Source: Octopus vulgaris
Lineage: Eukaryota
NCBI GenBank assembly: GCA_951406725.2
Contig: OX597816.1
Span: forward strand, 142,972,001 to 143,036,000
Direction of reading: 5' to 3'
Length of the DNA: 64,000 nucleotides
Position numbers and translations under genes: made by a program. The notes under the pieces are model-generated. The model searched no databases. It worked only from the letters and a program-made list of their open reading frames with translations, and was not told the origin of the DNA. Below, one piece after another: positions 51,641 through 64,000 of the stretch (its first letter is position 1; every line of letters begins with the position of its first letter).

Positions 51641-52670
51641 CTATAATGAAATCCATCAAAATGATAATCCCAAGGACAAAGAAATAAAAACCCACAATAT
51701 GGTAGAAGCCATAGCCATTCATACTGAAAAAGAATACTGGTGGAATGTACCAATAAAGACCTCAATAGAATGTAAGCACAACAGACCTGATATAATGATT
51801 TGGAATAGAGAAGAGAAACTGTGCACAGTTGTAGAATTTAGTTGCCCAGCGGATGTTAACATAAAGCTAAAGATCAGGGAAAAAGAGAACACTTATGCTG
51901 AACTAATGAGAAATCTACAGTTACTCTATCCAGATTACAAATTCAGGTTTATACCTGTAATTACTGGGGCCCTGGGATATGTAACACACTGCCTAAATAC
52001 CAATCTTGAGGAACAAGGCTTCTCAAACCAGAAAGAAGAAAGCTAATTCGAAAGCTACAGATCCAATCCATCACTGGAACTGTAAAAATCTGTAAAACTT
52101 TCCAGAAGTTTATCATTTAAATATCTTAGCACTCCATCAGTTATGATACAATCAATGAAACAGCTTGCTCACAAAATTAACGTGCAAGTGGCTGAGCACT
52201 CCACAGACATGTGTACCCTTAACGTAATTCTCAGGGAGATTCAGTGTGAAACAGTGTGTGACAAGGCTGGCCCTTTGAAATACAGGTACTACTCATTTTT
52301 GCCAGCTGAATGGACTGGAGTAACAGAGAAATAAAATGTCTTGCTCAAGGACACAACGTATCGCCAGGAATTGATTTCATGACTTTACGATTGTGAGCAG
52401 ACCGAATGTCCTAACCACTAAGCCATGTGCCTTCATTATTTGAATATATATGAGCATGTCTAGATATGTAACTCTATGCATGAGAATACATACATAAAAC
52501 ATACAAATCTGCACATACATACATACAAGCATAATACATGCATGTGTACATACATACATACAAACAGAAATACCCTGCTGTTGATGTTGAAATTCCAATG
52601 AAGGAAACTTGGACCTTGGTTAGAAACTGGTTCTTTCTCTATTGGCAAGAAATCTTGAAATAAACTGAAT
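51636..52670 (+). mobile_element. R4/Dong-like non-LTR retrotransposon, 5'-truncated (restriction-like endonuclease domain + 3'UTR)
   Basis: YWWNVPIKTSIECKHNRPDIMIWNREEKLCTVVEFSCPAD...KENTYAEL...FIPVITGALG is an RPD..E..K RLE domain. The 3' end AATAAACTGAAT abuts (CATA)n. Another repeat appears nested at ~52125-52435. Confidence 0.85.
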
Positions 52671-52774
52671 GACATACATACATACATACATACATACATA
52701 CATACATACATACATACATACATACATACATACATACATGCATACATAATACATACACACACACATGCACACAA

Positions 52775-52925
52775 CAGACTGCCTTCAATTTCTGCCTACC
52801 AAATCCACTTACAAGGCTTTTGTCAACCTAAGGCTATAGAAAACACTTGCCCAAGGTGCCATGCAGTGGAACTGAACCTGGAACCATGTGGTTGGAAAGC
52901 AAACTTCTAATCACACATCCATGTC
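52775..52925 (-). mobile_element. CORE-type SINE 5' portion
   Basis: CACTTGCCCAAGGTGCCATGCAGTGGAACTGAACCTGGAACCATGTGG. Confidence 0.75.
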
Positions 52926-53057
52926 TGATGTGTGTGTGTGTGTGTGTGGGGGGGTTATATCTCTTTGCCGTCATATTGTGCCATGGTTGTATATAAATAC
53001 ATACATACATACATACATACATACATACATACATACATACATACATACATGCATATA

Positions 53058-53108
<51 letters not shown>

Positions 53109-54282
53109 TATATATTGATGCATCCTTCTTTTCTTCCCCTTTCTGTTTTGTCACCATTTTCATTTTATTCCACCTGCGGTTTCTTTTTTTCTCTCCTCTT
53201 TCTTATTGAATTTTTTTCTTCTGTTTAACAAATTCTTATCTTTTGGTATTTTTCACAAAATCTTTCCTTATAATTTGTAAAATATAAATTCATATAGCAT
53301 GAAAAGTAGGGAATTCTGGTGTTTCAGAGAACTTGTTTTGTTTGGTTCTGGGACCCCAGTCTTTTTTGCAGACTATCACTAGACTATTGGAATTGCTTTT
53401 CTACTTTTATTCCTTTGTCTCTTACTTTCATCATAATGAATCTTTTAAAATCACAAACAATAGATAAAGGAAGAGGTACAGAGAATAAGAGACAGAGATC
53501 TAAAGAGAAAAAGAGAGATAGTGAAAAATATATACCTAGAGAGAGAGAGGAAATAAGAATAGAGAAAGAGCAGAAAACTAGTGAATAGTGAAAGAGAGAT
53601 ACCAAACCATATAATAGATGTTAGTGAGAATGGAAGGGGATTATTATATTTTGGTTGAATGAACCAAGAACTAATAAATATGAACTCAGTGAAATATCAG
53701 CAGTGTAAGGGAGTTATTGGTGCCAGGAATGGCTAGTATATAGATTACTGCAGAATTATTCTGTGAAGAGAAGCTGAAATCTGATACAGTAGATAAAGCA
53801 AGCTATAAAATTCCCATTATGTATGAAATACATTCTTAAAGAGTTCTCTACTAGGTAGTTAAAGTAGGTCCTACAACTGAAATAGGAGAAGATTAACTTG
53901 GAGAAGGTGGGGGTGAGATGGTTCTTGTTTATTTCATCTGATTCTCAGAGTAAGGTGTTTATCCTATCTACCCAAGACTTCAGTAGAATAAACATAAAAT
54001 AATGCTGTTTAGCTTGAGGTTAGTCCTGACTGAGCAGGCCCACACATCAAAAGCATTTCAACATTGACAACCTTCACTTTTTTTTTACTATATCACATCT
54101 AGGACTACGTTATCTAATGTGACTTGCCTTTTTAAGACATTAAGATGTGTGTTGAAGGAAATTTGACTGCTATTTCCAGCAGGTTGAAGCTCCTGCAAGC
54201 CCTGTATGAACCACTTTTATATCCCAGCCATTTCCTCTTCAGAGCATTGGTCCTCTCTGCATTTCTTTCCTGTAGTCAAAAT

Positions 54283-54502
54283 ATTGGTTTTAAATTTCGG
54301 CATAAGGCAAGCAATTTCAGAGAAGGGGTTAAGTCAATCACACTGACCCCAGTGCTTGAGTGGTACTTGTTTTATTGACCCCTGAAAGGATGAAGGGTAA
54401 AGTTAATCTTCGCAGAATTTGAACTCAGAATGCAAAGCTGGACAAAATGCCACTAAGCATTTTGCCACAACATCTTAACAATTCTGTCAGCTTGCTACCT
54501 TA
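54283..54502 (-). mobile_element. SINE (Meta/MESC-like core family)
   Basis: GGTACTTGTTTTATTGACCCCTGAAAGGATGAAGGGTAAAG...GAATTTGAACTCAGAA. Confidence 0.75.
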
Positions 54503-57229
54503 GTTTAAATGAAATATTAACAATAGTCATCAGACTCAGGGAGCTTCCTGCTAAGACCTTCCTCCAGACTTAGTTAACAATAAGCAAAAGCATATCAGCT
54601 CAAACAAACAGTTTTATATTGGAGTTATTTGAGAATGTAATTATTTTTTTTATCTATTTCACATCATATGAACATTGGTGAGAATAAATGGGGTGAAGCT
54701 GGAAAGATAGATAAAGATAGTGATGATACAGGTGTTAGAGTACCTTCAAGGTATGAAGATTAGATGTGGGCATGGGGTCAGAAGATCAGGAAGGGTGGGT
54801 ACATAGAGGTTACAAAGGTGGGAATGGAGAGTGAAAGATGGCTAGAAATAGGAGTAGGGGTGAATCTGAGGCTATAGTAGGAAGTGCTGTGTGATGAGAT
54901 TGAACTCACAAGCACGTAATTGTGAAGTAAACTTCATAATCACATAGCCATACCTGCACCCATACTCAGATAGGAATTGTTCCCTAACCACTTGGCAGGT
55001 TATTCTTTACTCTATCAGTTCACTCAACATTTTCCAAATAAAGATTTAAGACTATCAGCAGATTTAAGACTATTCAATATAGAGATATGTCATATTCTTG
55101 TCGCATTCATCTTATATATAGTTGTGTGGTTATGTTCCTTCTAAGTCATGTGAATGTGTGAGCAGTGACATACAACCAGTGCACAAAGAAAATTAAATTA
55201 TGCACCAAAAATTGTTTAATGTTTGCTTAAAGCAAGTGCATAGTTCATATATTCACAGTGATAAATTACCAACTTTAATGGTAAGTTAACTGCACCAGCA
55301 GAGCAACTTTAAGAATAAGAATAATATAAGAATTTATGACACCCATGAGGAAAGACAGCATAATTATCTCAATATTTTGTAGTTTGCATGAACCCAAGAA
55401 ATCTAAATACATGTGTGTGTCACTGAGAAAATTCAGTACTTGAGATTAACAGTTGAAGCATGGTACATCAAGATGACTGCATCATTGCTATAACTACCAG
55501 ACCTTAGAAGCTTTAAAAAATACTGTACTGGAGGTAATACAAATAGGACTGATGTATGTTAGAAATTCTTCTGCAGTTGTTAAGAAAATTATCAACTCAA
55601 CACAGAATTTAAGGATCTAAGGAAGCATTTTCAGCTATTTTGTTGTAAATGTTTTAAGATTACTTGAAAATGCAAAAATTAGTTACACATGTAGCTGAAA
55701 GTTTGTGGGTGGTACACTTTTACTGGTTTTGGTCTTTGAACACAAGGCCATACAGGAGCACAATTGTCAAACATTCAAGCCAGACAGTCATGTCATATGA
55801 CCTAGATATTCTATGAAGAGTCAGTTACAATATATATGATTCACAAGTTAGGAATATCTACTTTTAACTCTGTAAATATGTGATAATAATACAGGTATAG
55901 CTGAATACCACAAAGTCCCTTCTAAGCTTTGATCTACCATATCCTAACTCCAGTACTTAGTTTGGTGTTATTTTAGCAATCACCTGCATTATGGCGCTTT
56001 CAGGAGTTATCTCCCTTCTGTGGATGTAAATACTGCATGGTATTTGCACCAGTTTACACATATACAGATACACACATTTGCATATGTGTATGCATGAATG
56101 AATGAATAAGATCTCACACAGGTTCTATGTACCAGATTTCACTTACAGTCAACCTAAGGATGTAGTAGTTGTCTGAGTTGCAGTACAAGGGATCAAGACT
56201 CAGAAGGAACTTTATGGTTGCAAAGTGAACTGCTTAACCATACAGAGTAAAAGAATATTGTCAGTAAGAATAATTTTTTATCTTTTACTTGTTTCAACCA
56301 TTGGACTGCAACCATGCTGAGGGTACTACCTTGAATAATTTGAGTCATACAAATTGACCCTGGTACTTATTCTATCATTCTCTTTTACTAAACTCCTAGG
56401 TTACTGGGATGTAGAGACATGAACATCAGTTGTCAAGTAGTGGGGGACTAATGTAGGTGCAAAGAAACACACAGAGGCATACACATGCACGGATGTGCAT
56501 GCACACACTCATGTATACACAATGGGCTTCTTTCAGTTTCTGTCAACCAGATCCACTCACAAGGTTTTGTTTAGCCTGGAGCTATAGTAGAAGACACTTA
56601 CCCAAAGCTCCACACAGTGGAACTGAACCTGAAACCTGTGCCTAAATATTTATGAGTTGTGGATCAAGTATATACTAATTGATTGTTGATAGAATATCTA
56701 GGCCATATAGCATGACAGTCTGCTACACTTTTACTAAAGTACTTCTCTACCTCTGAGCCAACATCTTGTCCTTAAGTTATAATGGAAAACAATAAATAGT
56801 AAATGTGAACTCAAACTATTCAGAATGAAATATCTGTGGCTAAATACTATAATAAAAGACAATGATAACCACTTATTTGTTCCATGCACTAGCATTATGT
56901 TGTAAAATAGAATCAATTCTTTAATTCTTCATGATCAGAAATTATTCATCATTTGGTGATGATAATCTCTTTGACTTTAGATGGATACAGAAAGAGGAGC
57001 GGTTGTGACGAATATAGTTTCCTAAAAGCTTTAGTGCAATATGTGAAGTGAAAAAAATTTCAACTAGGAATGGAAATTGGGTTATAAACTCAATTGTTAG
57101 GAGACTATTGCCAATTCTGTACCACTCACAATATTTATGAAGCCTGGTTGGCAATAGCTAATTGTGATTGTTGTCACCGGGTATGCTAATGTACTGAACC
57201 TAATACTCTTACATGAATAAACATACAAA

Positions 57230-57588
57230 CTTTAGGCTATTTCTCAACTTCATATCAAATGAATATAACTTCAACTTGACTTAATCTTTTTTCTTTGTTT
57301 ATCATTACATTTACAAAGAAATTCCAACCAAATTATAACTAAAAGAAATGAAGGCATGCACAATTTTGTATGTAAAAAAAAAACTTTGTATTAGTTGCTG
57401 TTATGTTTGCAGGTACTGAAAACAATTTAGAAGCAATCAGAGGAAAAACGGAATTACTGGATGGTACAGTATCCGGAGGTGTTATTGGGGTTGTACTAGG
57501 ACATCATGTTGGTCTGAAAATTCATTTATTTGGAGTGTTTGGCATTGCTGCATTTGCTATAGCCATTGATTATTATTTATGTCACTAA
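57230..57588 (+). pseudogene. TIMM22: Processed pseudogene of mitochondrial inner-membrane translocase subunit Tim22
   Basis: KEIPTKL*LKEMKACTILYVK/(frameshift in A-run)/NFVLVAVMFAGTENNLEAIRGKTELLDGTVSGGVIGVVLGHHVGLKIHLFGVFGIAAFAIAIDYYLCH* matches the Tim22 C-terminal pattern ..YAKNFA.VGAMF..TEC..E..RGK.....G...GF.AF..AIDYYLR. In-frame stop and frameshift upstream; 5' boundary approximate. Confidence 0.85.
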
Positions 57589-60179
57589 ATCTTGTTAAAA
57601 AATAAATTTCTATTGTCATTTTTGTTGTTGTTTTTTTCTTATTAGTAGTTTTACTTACCTCATACCTTTAGGATCTACACTAACACCACATTACTACACA
57701 CTCACACACACACTCTCTCTCTCTCTCTCTCCTATGATGTAAGTAGTCATGCCACTTCTCAACAGAAAGAAACCTGTTCCATTCTGGCCTCTTCTCTCAT
57801 ACTTTAATCCCTCAATTCCTTACATAAAGCCACCTCTTTCCTTACTGTAGCCCCACTCAGCTGAAGATCTTAATCTGGTGCCATGAAAAAAGCATCCAGT
57901 ACATGCTGTTAAGTTGTTGGCATTAAGAAAGGCATCCAGCTATAAAAATCATGCCAAAGCAGATATTGGAGCATAAAGCAGCACTTGAACCCATCGGTTT
58001 CTATTAGATTGCCTAGCATGGAACATGGATGCTAAAGGGTGATGCTGATGGTGGTGCTAATGATGATGATGATAATTACATTATTTTACGGCATAAAGAA
58101 AATCATTATAAAGAAAATTTGCCATTTTTCTTGGGTGTGCAATGCTCACCTATCACACCCAGAATATATATATATATGATGATGATGATGATGATATATA
58201 TATATATATATATATCCCTGCCAGCTGGATTTCTTTGGTAAAACAGTATTCATCTGAATCACTACTATAACCATAATGACAAATGAGATAACATAAACAA
58301 ATTTAAAAGCTTTACTTTACATTAAAATCCTGATAAAGCCAGTTTTTACTTGTCATCCTTTGATAAAGTTAATACTATTAATTTGCAATAGACAACTTTT
58401 TTTTAAAAAAATATGCCTTGTACTTAATCAAAATAAGTTAATAATTAAATAATGCTGAAAAGATTTAGATAAACATTGCAGAATCTAACCAAGTAGATAA
58501 GGATTTCTCCTTCATTTTCTATTTAAACAAATTATTTTCTGTATCTTTTCCTTGATCTTCATTCATTGTTTTAAATAATTATTTTAAATTTTTAATATAC
58601 ATTATAACAACAAAATATAATTATAAAAAATAATATTCATATAACTTAATATTATTTATCAGCCAATAAGATAACCTCCAAAATTTCCAAAGTAGATTTT
58701 ATTCACCTTCTTTTCAAGAGTTTCATCCTGATGATTAACTTATTCAAGATCTTACATTCTAAGATAACACACAAACAGACGAACCAATGAGAGAACCTAC
58801 ACATGGTTGTTAGCCCTACAAGAAATAGTAGCCAAATTTCCTTCAAATCATACCTTATTATAATAAAAAAGGAAGGACACATTGACTAATGTAGTTTTAA
58901 AAAAGATGGGTGGTCATAGCTTGAACTCCATTAATTATAAGGATCGTGTTGATTGGAGTTAAGATGGGGTTGAGCCTTAAAAACATCAACATACAACATC
59001 ATTTAGGGCTGTCTCAAAATTCTGTCTAAACAGAGATGGAAGTTTGTGAAATTTATTTTTAATAGATGTCATCAATATTTGCCCATGCTATCCATCATAG
59101 CTATTACTATCTTCCTGGTTTTCATCAACTGATAATCATAAACAGTGCCTGATGTACTAAAACTACACTTATTGCTCTTTTCAATGCCAAACTTACACTG
59201 AGAAATCTCTCGGCTACATTTATGGTTTCTTCTAATGATGCAAATCTAAAAATCTACAACACCTTACTTTTGTTTTTGATTTTATATTTTATTTAAACCT
59301 TTTATTACCATATTTCTGCCTTTGATTCATTTAATTTTGGAAACAAGAATTTCACAAAATATCTTTGTCATTATTAAGTTGGTGTTTGAAACATAGCAAG
59401 AAATTTTGATGGAAGATTTTAATTCAGTTCACTTTAATACAGGAAGTTGGTATCATGAAACCAGGAGCAGTCTCAGGTGATTTGATATCAAAAGGATTTT
59501 GTGAAAATACAGTGACAGAGACATTAGAGTGTTGGTCTATAGCATTTGGCCTTGTCCATCTTCATTCTAAATTCATATCCCACAAAAATCAGCATAACTG
59601 TAGAGATATGAAAACCAATATACTGGAGTTGATTTAATCAACTTTACCCTTCCATTTAATGTGCTTTTGTGTCTATGTCAGGAATCATTATTTTGTATAT
59701 ATAGGTTTGATGATACAATCAAGGGAAATAGAATTCATTACACAAAATAGTTCATATATATTACTTAATAAAGGAAAATAAACAAGTGTGTGTGTGTGTG
59801 TCTGTCTGTGTGTGTGAGGACAGTGAATGGTGCTACTCATAAGACCATACAGTTATTCAGTTGCATTCCTTTATAAAGTGTGTTCAAATTCTACCAAGAG
59901 CTTAACATTTATCTTTCTGTGGTCAATAAAATAAAATATCAATTAAATCAACTCATGCTACAGTTGGTGAACCAGTAAAGGGCATCTACAGGGTCACTCT
60001 ACCTACTAAAAATAATGTGGTAGCAAAATCTTCATCTAACCATAACCCACAATCTTAAAAAAAAACAAAGGCACATTGGATAATGTAGTTCTAAATAAAT
60101 ATTCTAAATAAATAGACTATGTCTGGAAAAAAAAAACCAGGGTCATAGATGCAACATCTTTGGAGGAGAATGACTGGAT

Positions 60180-60725
60180 GGGGTGGGATTGGCTCTTACC
60201 TTTGTTAGTCAGAGTGCCCTGGGGTACAAATATACAAAGCCCAATCATGACTACCTGTTTGAGAAGGGTAAACTAGGCACATGCATCACAACCATATGTG
60301 CACAGCATGGTAATCTCCTATCAAGATAAACAGTGCATGACCTTGCAGGTGAAGCCCAGTTAGAATTTTCTTTAGGTCGAGTAGCCCATCGCACTCAAAA
60401 GGTCCCTAAATAAGGTTTGTTTAAGGATGATGAAGAAAACATCCATATTTCCAGAGGTGAATTATTCAAATCCCAAAGAATTCCTCTCAACACATGGCTA
60501 TAATGCTCCCCCACTACTTCTACTTGTGATCAGAGATGCATATATTGTCATCTGGTTATGGTCAAACAAATCTGTGGTATTGAGCAGAATATTTGTTGTA
60601 GCCCATCTTTTATACCAAGACAAAACAATGTACATGATAACACTTCCAATCATTTAAGATCAAAAGCCACAAGAACCACTGCCTGGTAAGGCATCAGGGC
60701 ATTTATTATTATTATTATTATAATT
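60180..60725 (+). mobile_element. Interspersed repeat ending in (TTA)n, probably a non-LTR retroelement 3' region
   Basis: More GC-balanced block terminating in GCATCAGGGCATTTATTATTATTATT; family not assigned. Confidence 0.4.
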
Positions 60726-61109
60726 ATATACACATTCATAAATATTGACCTTGTTGGGTGTATTAAGTTCCAAAAAGAGTTCAATAAGCCTATGAATAGT
60801 TCACTGCAACCATTTTATCTTTAGTGAAGGTTTTGAGTTCAGGATAAGTTTTGTTTCAAGATTGATCTCTTGTCTGCGAGAAAGAAATATGTTCATTTAA
60901 ATATATATAAAAAAAATTCTTCCTCTCATTTGAAGTTTCAGTATCAAAACATCAGATTCCTCTTTTCCTAGTAATATACAAACTTATCCAAACTCACATT
61001 CAGAGTATAATTTTTGTCACTGTTAACTACCAGCAGTTTCTTTTCACTATTTTTAACCTTAACCCTTTGGCATTCAGATCACCCTGTCAAATGTAATGCT
61101 TATTCATTT

Positions 61110-61398
61110 ATCATCATCATCATTGTTTAACATCCGTTTTCCTTGCTAGCATGGGTTGGATGGTTCAATTGGGGTCTGGGAAGCCAGAAGGCTGCGCCAG
61201 GCCCAGTCTGATCTGGTAGTGCTTCTACAGCTGGATGCTCTTCCTAATGCCAACCACTCCGTGAGTGTAGCGGGTGCTTTTTACGTGCCACCTGCACAGG
61301 TGCCAGACGAGGCTGGCAAACGGCCACGATCGGATGGTGCTTTTTACGTGCCACCGGCCACAATCAGATGGTGCTTTTTACGTGCCACCGGCACGGAT
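61110..61398 (-). mobile_element. Young RTE LINE 3' end / RTE-tailed SINE
   Basis: Same tail as 14865-15400, with internal repeats of GGTGCTTTTTACGTGCCACC and CpGs retained. Confidence 0.8.
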
Positions 61399-62569
61399 TA
61401 ATTAATCAAGCATTATCTCAGAGCTAATGATGACAACTTGATTATTTATTTTTACAGAAACATTGTATGGTAGGTGCGAGAGGTGGATCTGGCTGGTTTG
61501 AACATAAAACTGGTAGAATATTTGGACCAGATATGGCCAGTTTAAATGCTGCAGGGTTAATCTTTAGGAATGATAAAATAAGTTCCAGACACAACTAGGG
61601 ATAATTCTATCATCCCTATACTCCCCCACCCTACACTTCACTCTCATCCTTACAAATATTTAGTGGGAAATCACTGTTCAGTGTGAATTGTGTAAGGAGA
61701 CATTAAGATGCAAAGAGAGCCCTAATTAGTTTTAATCAGTTGTCTCTTTGGAGATAAACTAGTTCCCAATAACAGTATAGCTATGACAGAGAGAGGAAGG
61801 AGGGAGAGGGAGAAAGGGGGAAAGAGATAAAATATCAAAGAAAAGAAAGGATAAAAAATAGGACAGTATCGGGATGTTTCTCTAGATATAGAGCCGATAT
61901 TCCAATCAAATTTATTCATTATTTGATCAATATTCCGAAACAAGTGAATCAGTGCAAATGTTTTGGGTGTCATATTAGAGATGCTTCATGGTATCTAAAT
62001 CTGTAATGATGCTTTGTGTATTTACAATCACAACTCATTGGGATCAAACATTATACCTTTTCATCCTTCCAGAATCAATTAAATAAGTGTCAGTACAATA
62101 ATACTGGGTCAGCTAATTGCCAACCTTCCTTTCTCCTCCCAGTCCAAACTAGCTGTCACTTGGTACTATGGAAAGGTTCAGCAATTCACTGCTATTAGGA
62201 GCAGAAGCAGACAGAGTAGTGTTATAACTAGCAAGTATCTTGTTAGCTTGGAATGCTAAGATTATTATAATACTCTTTTTCTCTCTCTCTGACAAAGCCT
62301 GTTTACTAGAGACTAACATTGTTCATATCCAATAAGATGATATTTCTGAAACTGTTTAAAGGCTCTTACAGGCTGAAATAAGGTCCATTTATCTCTTACC
62401 TGTGACTATTATTACTATGATTGCAAATCAATTAGAGAAACTCTATAAGGTTGTTCGACCTATTAGACATAATAGCAAAAAAACTCCCTCAGACCACACT
62501 TTACAGCAAAGAAAGAAAGAAAGAAAGGGATAACAGAAATCTTAGATGCACTGCCTGAAATAAATGAGA

Positions 62570-62830
62570 ACTGCTAAGTTACGGGGATGTAAACACACCA
62601 GCATCGGTTGTCAAGCGATGTTGGGGGGACAAACACAGACACACACATATATATACCTATACTTATATACGACAGGCTTCTTTCAGTTTCCATCTACCAA
62701 ATCCACCCACATGGCTTTGGTCAACCTGAGGCTATAGTAGAAGACACTTGCCCAAGGTGCCACGCAGTGGGACTGAACCTGGAACCATGCGGTTGGTAAG
62801 CAAGCTACTTACCACACAGCCACTCCTGCG
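62570..62830 (-). mobile_element. tRNA-derived CORE-type SINE, well-preserved copy
   Basis: rc: GGCTGTGTGGTAAGTAGCTTGCTTACCAACCGCATGGTTCCAGGTTCAGTCCCACTGCGTGGCACCTTGGGCAAGTG (A/B-box-like head plus CORE-like CCTTGGGCAAGT). Its 3' part recurs at 62941-63010. Confidence 0.85.
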
Positions 62831-63013
62831 CTTTTGGTTAACTTGTTTTATTAATCATATTTATTTTATTCTTTTACTTGTTTCAGTCATTTGACTGTGG
62901 TCATACTGGAGCACCACCTTTAGTCAAGCAAATTGACTCCGAACTGCTAAGTTACAGGGACGTAAACACACCAGCATCGGTTGTCAAGCGATGTTGGAGG
63001 GACAAACAGACAA

Positions 63014-63046
<33 letters not shown>

Positions 63047-64000
63047 AATTTATATAAATAAGGATAAGATTGTTAATATGATTGAACCATATTACTTTAT
63101 TACACTTCCTCTGTCTTTATTCATACAATATTGAATGCAGACCACCACCATTTTCCATAAATTTTAGTAATTTTATTCCAAATCAGCCACAGAAATATAT
63201 TTTATGGAAGTCATCTCACTCATATACTACTTTAAACCAAATCACTAATAGCTTTAACAGAATGTTAAAAGGCAAAGAAAAAAAGGGTCATCTTGTATAG
63301 GTTATAACTTTTCTTATATCATAAACTCACCAACTGGAACATATAGTCATATAGATTCCTTCTGCTATGTTTTCATCTCATCTTTTAAATGGTTTCTGTA
63401 AATGAAAAATAGATCTCATTTTTTATGTTTAGACTATACAAAAGAAGAAATAATAAGCATTTGCCTCTAGCTTGCTTGTTTGTTGTGTTCATTTTTTTTC
63501 TGTCTTTTCTTTATTTGTTCCTTATACATTTTACCCCCAACTGAATCATTAAAAATACAAGAGAAAAACATCACAACTTGGGAGGCCTTAAGTTTAAATT
63601 ATTGGTTTCAAGAGATTTTGTTGTTTTATTTTTATATTTCTTATTTTCTTTTTGTAATGATAATTTAGCTACATTTTATTCACCAAAAACCATGTGGATT
63701 ACTTCAAATCCTTTTAAAATAAAAAGAATAGAGGATCATTTGCTTTTCTTATCTCTGCTATCGCTATCTCTACCTCAGCTATATTTTCATTATGATTCAT
63801 ACAACAGCACATTTCAACAAAGGGGTCACAGCAAAACAGCCATTGTATTTTCACATCTTTGCTTTACATGAAATACATCAGCTTCAAAAGAGGAAACAAA
63901 AATTGTATTCATTCACATACATTTCACTGAGCCTGCACATGTTTTAGAAGTAAAATGTGTGATACAGCTGAATGTCTTTCGTCACACAAGGTAGCTTAAA

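Overview
AT-rich, microsatellite- and repeat-dense eukaryotic genomic DNA. The SINE/LINE repertoire and the (TA)n/(CA)n/(CATA)n/(CAT)n load suggest a coleoid cephalopod, probably Octopus (inference). I found no intact protein-coding gene; almost all ORFs in the track are microsatellite or antisense artefacts. Supportable content: a frameshifted, intron-less TIM22 retrocopy (~57.2-57.6 kb); one candidate short first coding exon on the minus strand (28721-28765); decayed Tc1/mariner, CACTA/EnSpm-like, Gypsy-integrase, RTE, CR1/L2 and R4/Dong elements; a complete non-autonomous Helitron; a Merlin-type MITE with an 8-bp TSD; and many tRNA-derived SINEs. Most notable are several long inverted-repeat (Penelope-like) elements carrying minimal hammerhead-ribozyme cores, (TA)n-centred foldback palindromes, and a ~26-kb CpG-retaining domain (~7.3-33.6 kb) between CpG-depleted flanks. 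All family assignments come from motif recognition by eye, not database searches.
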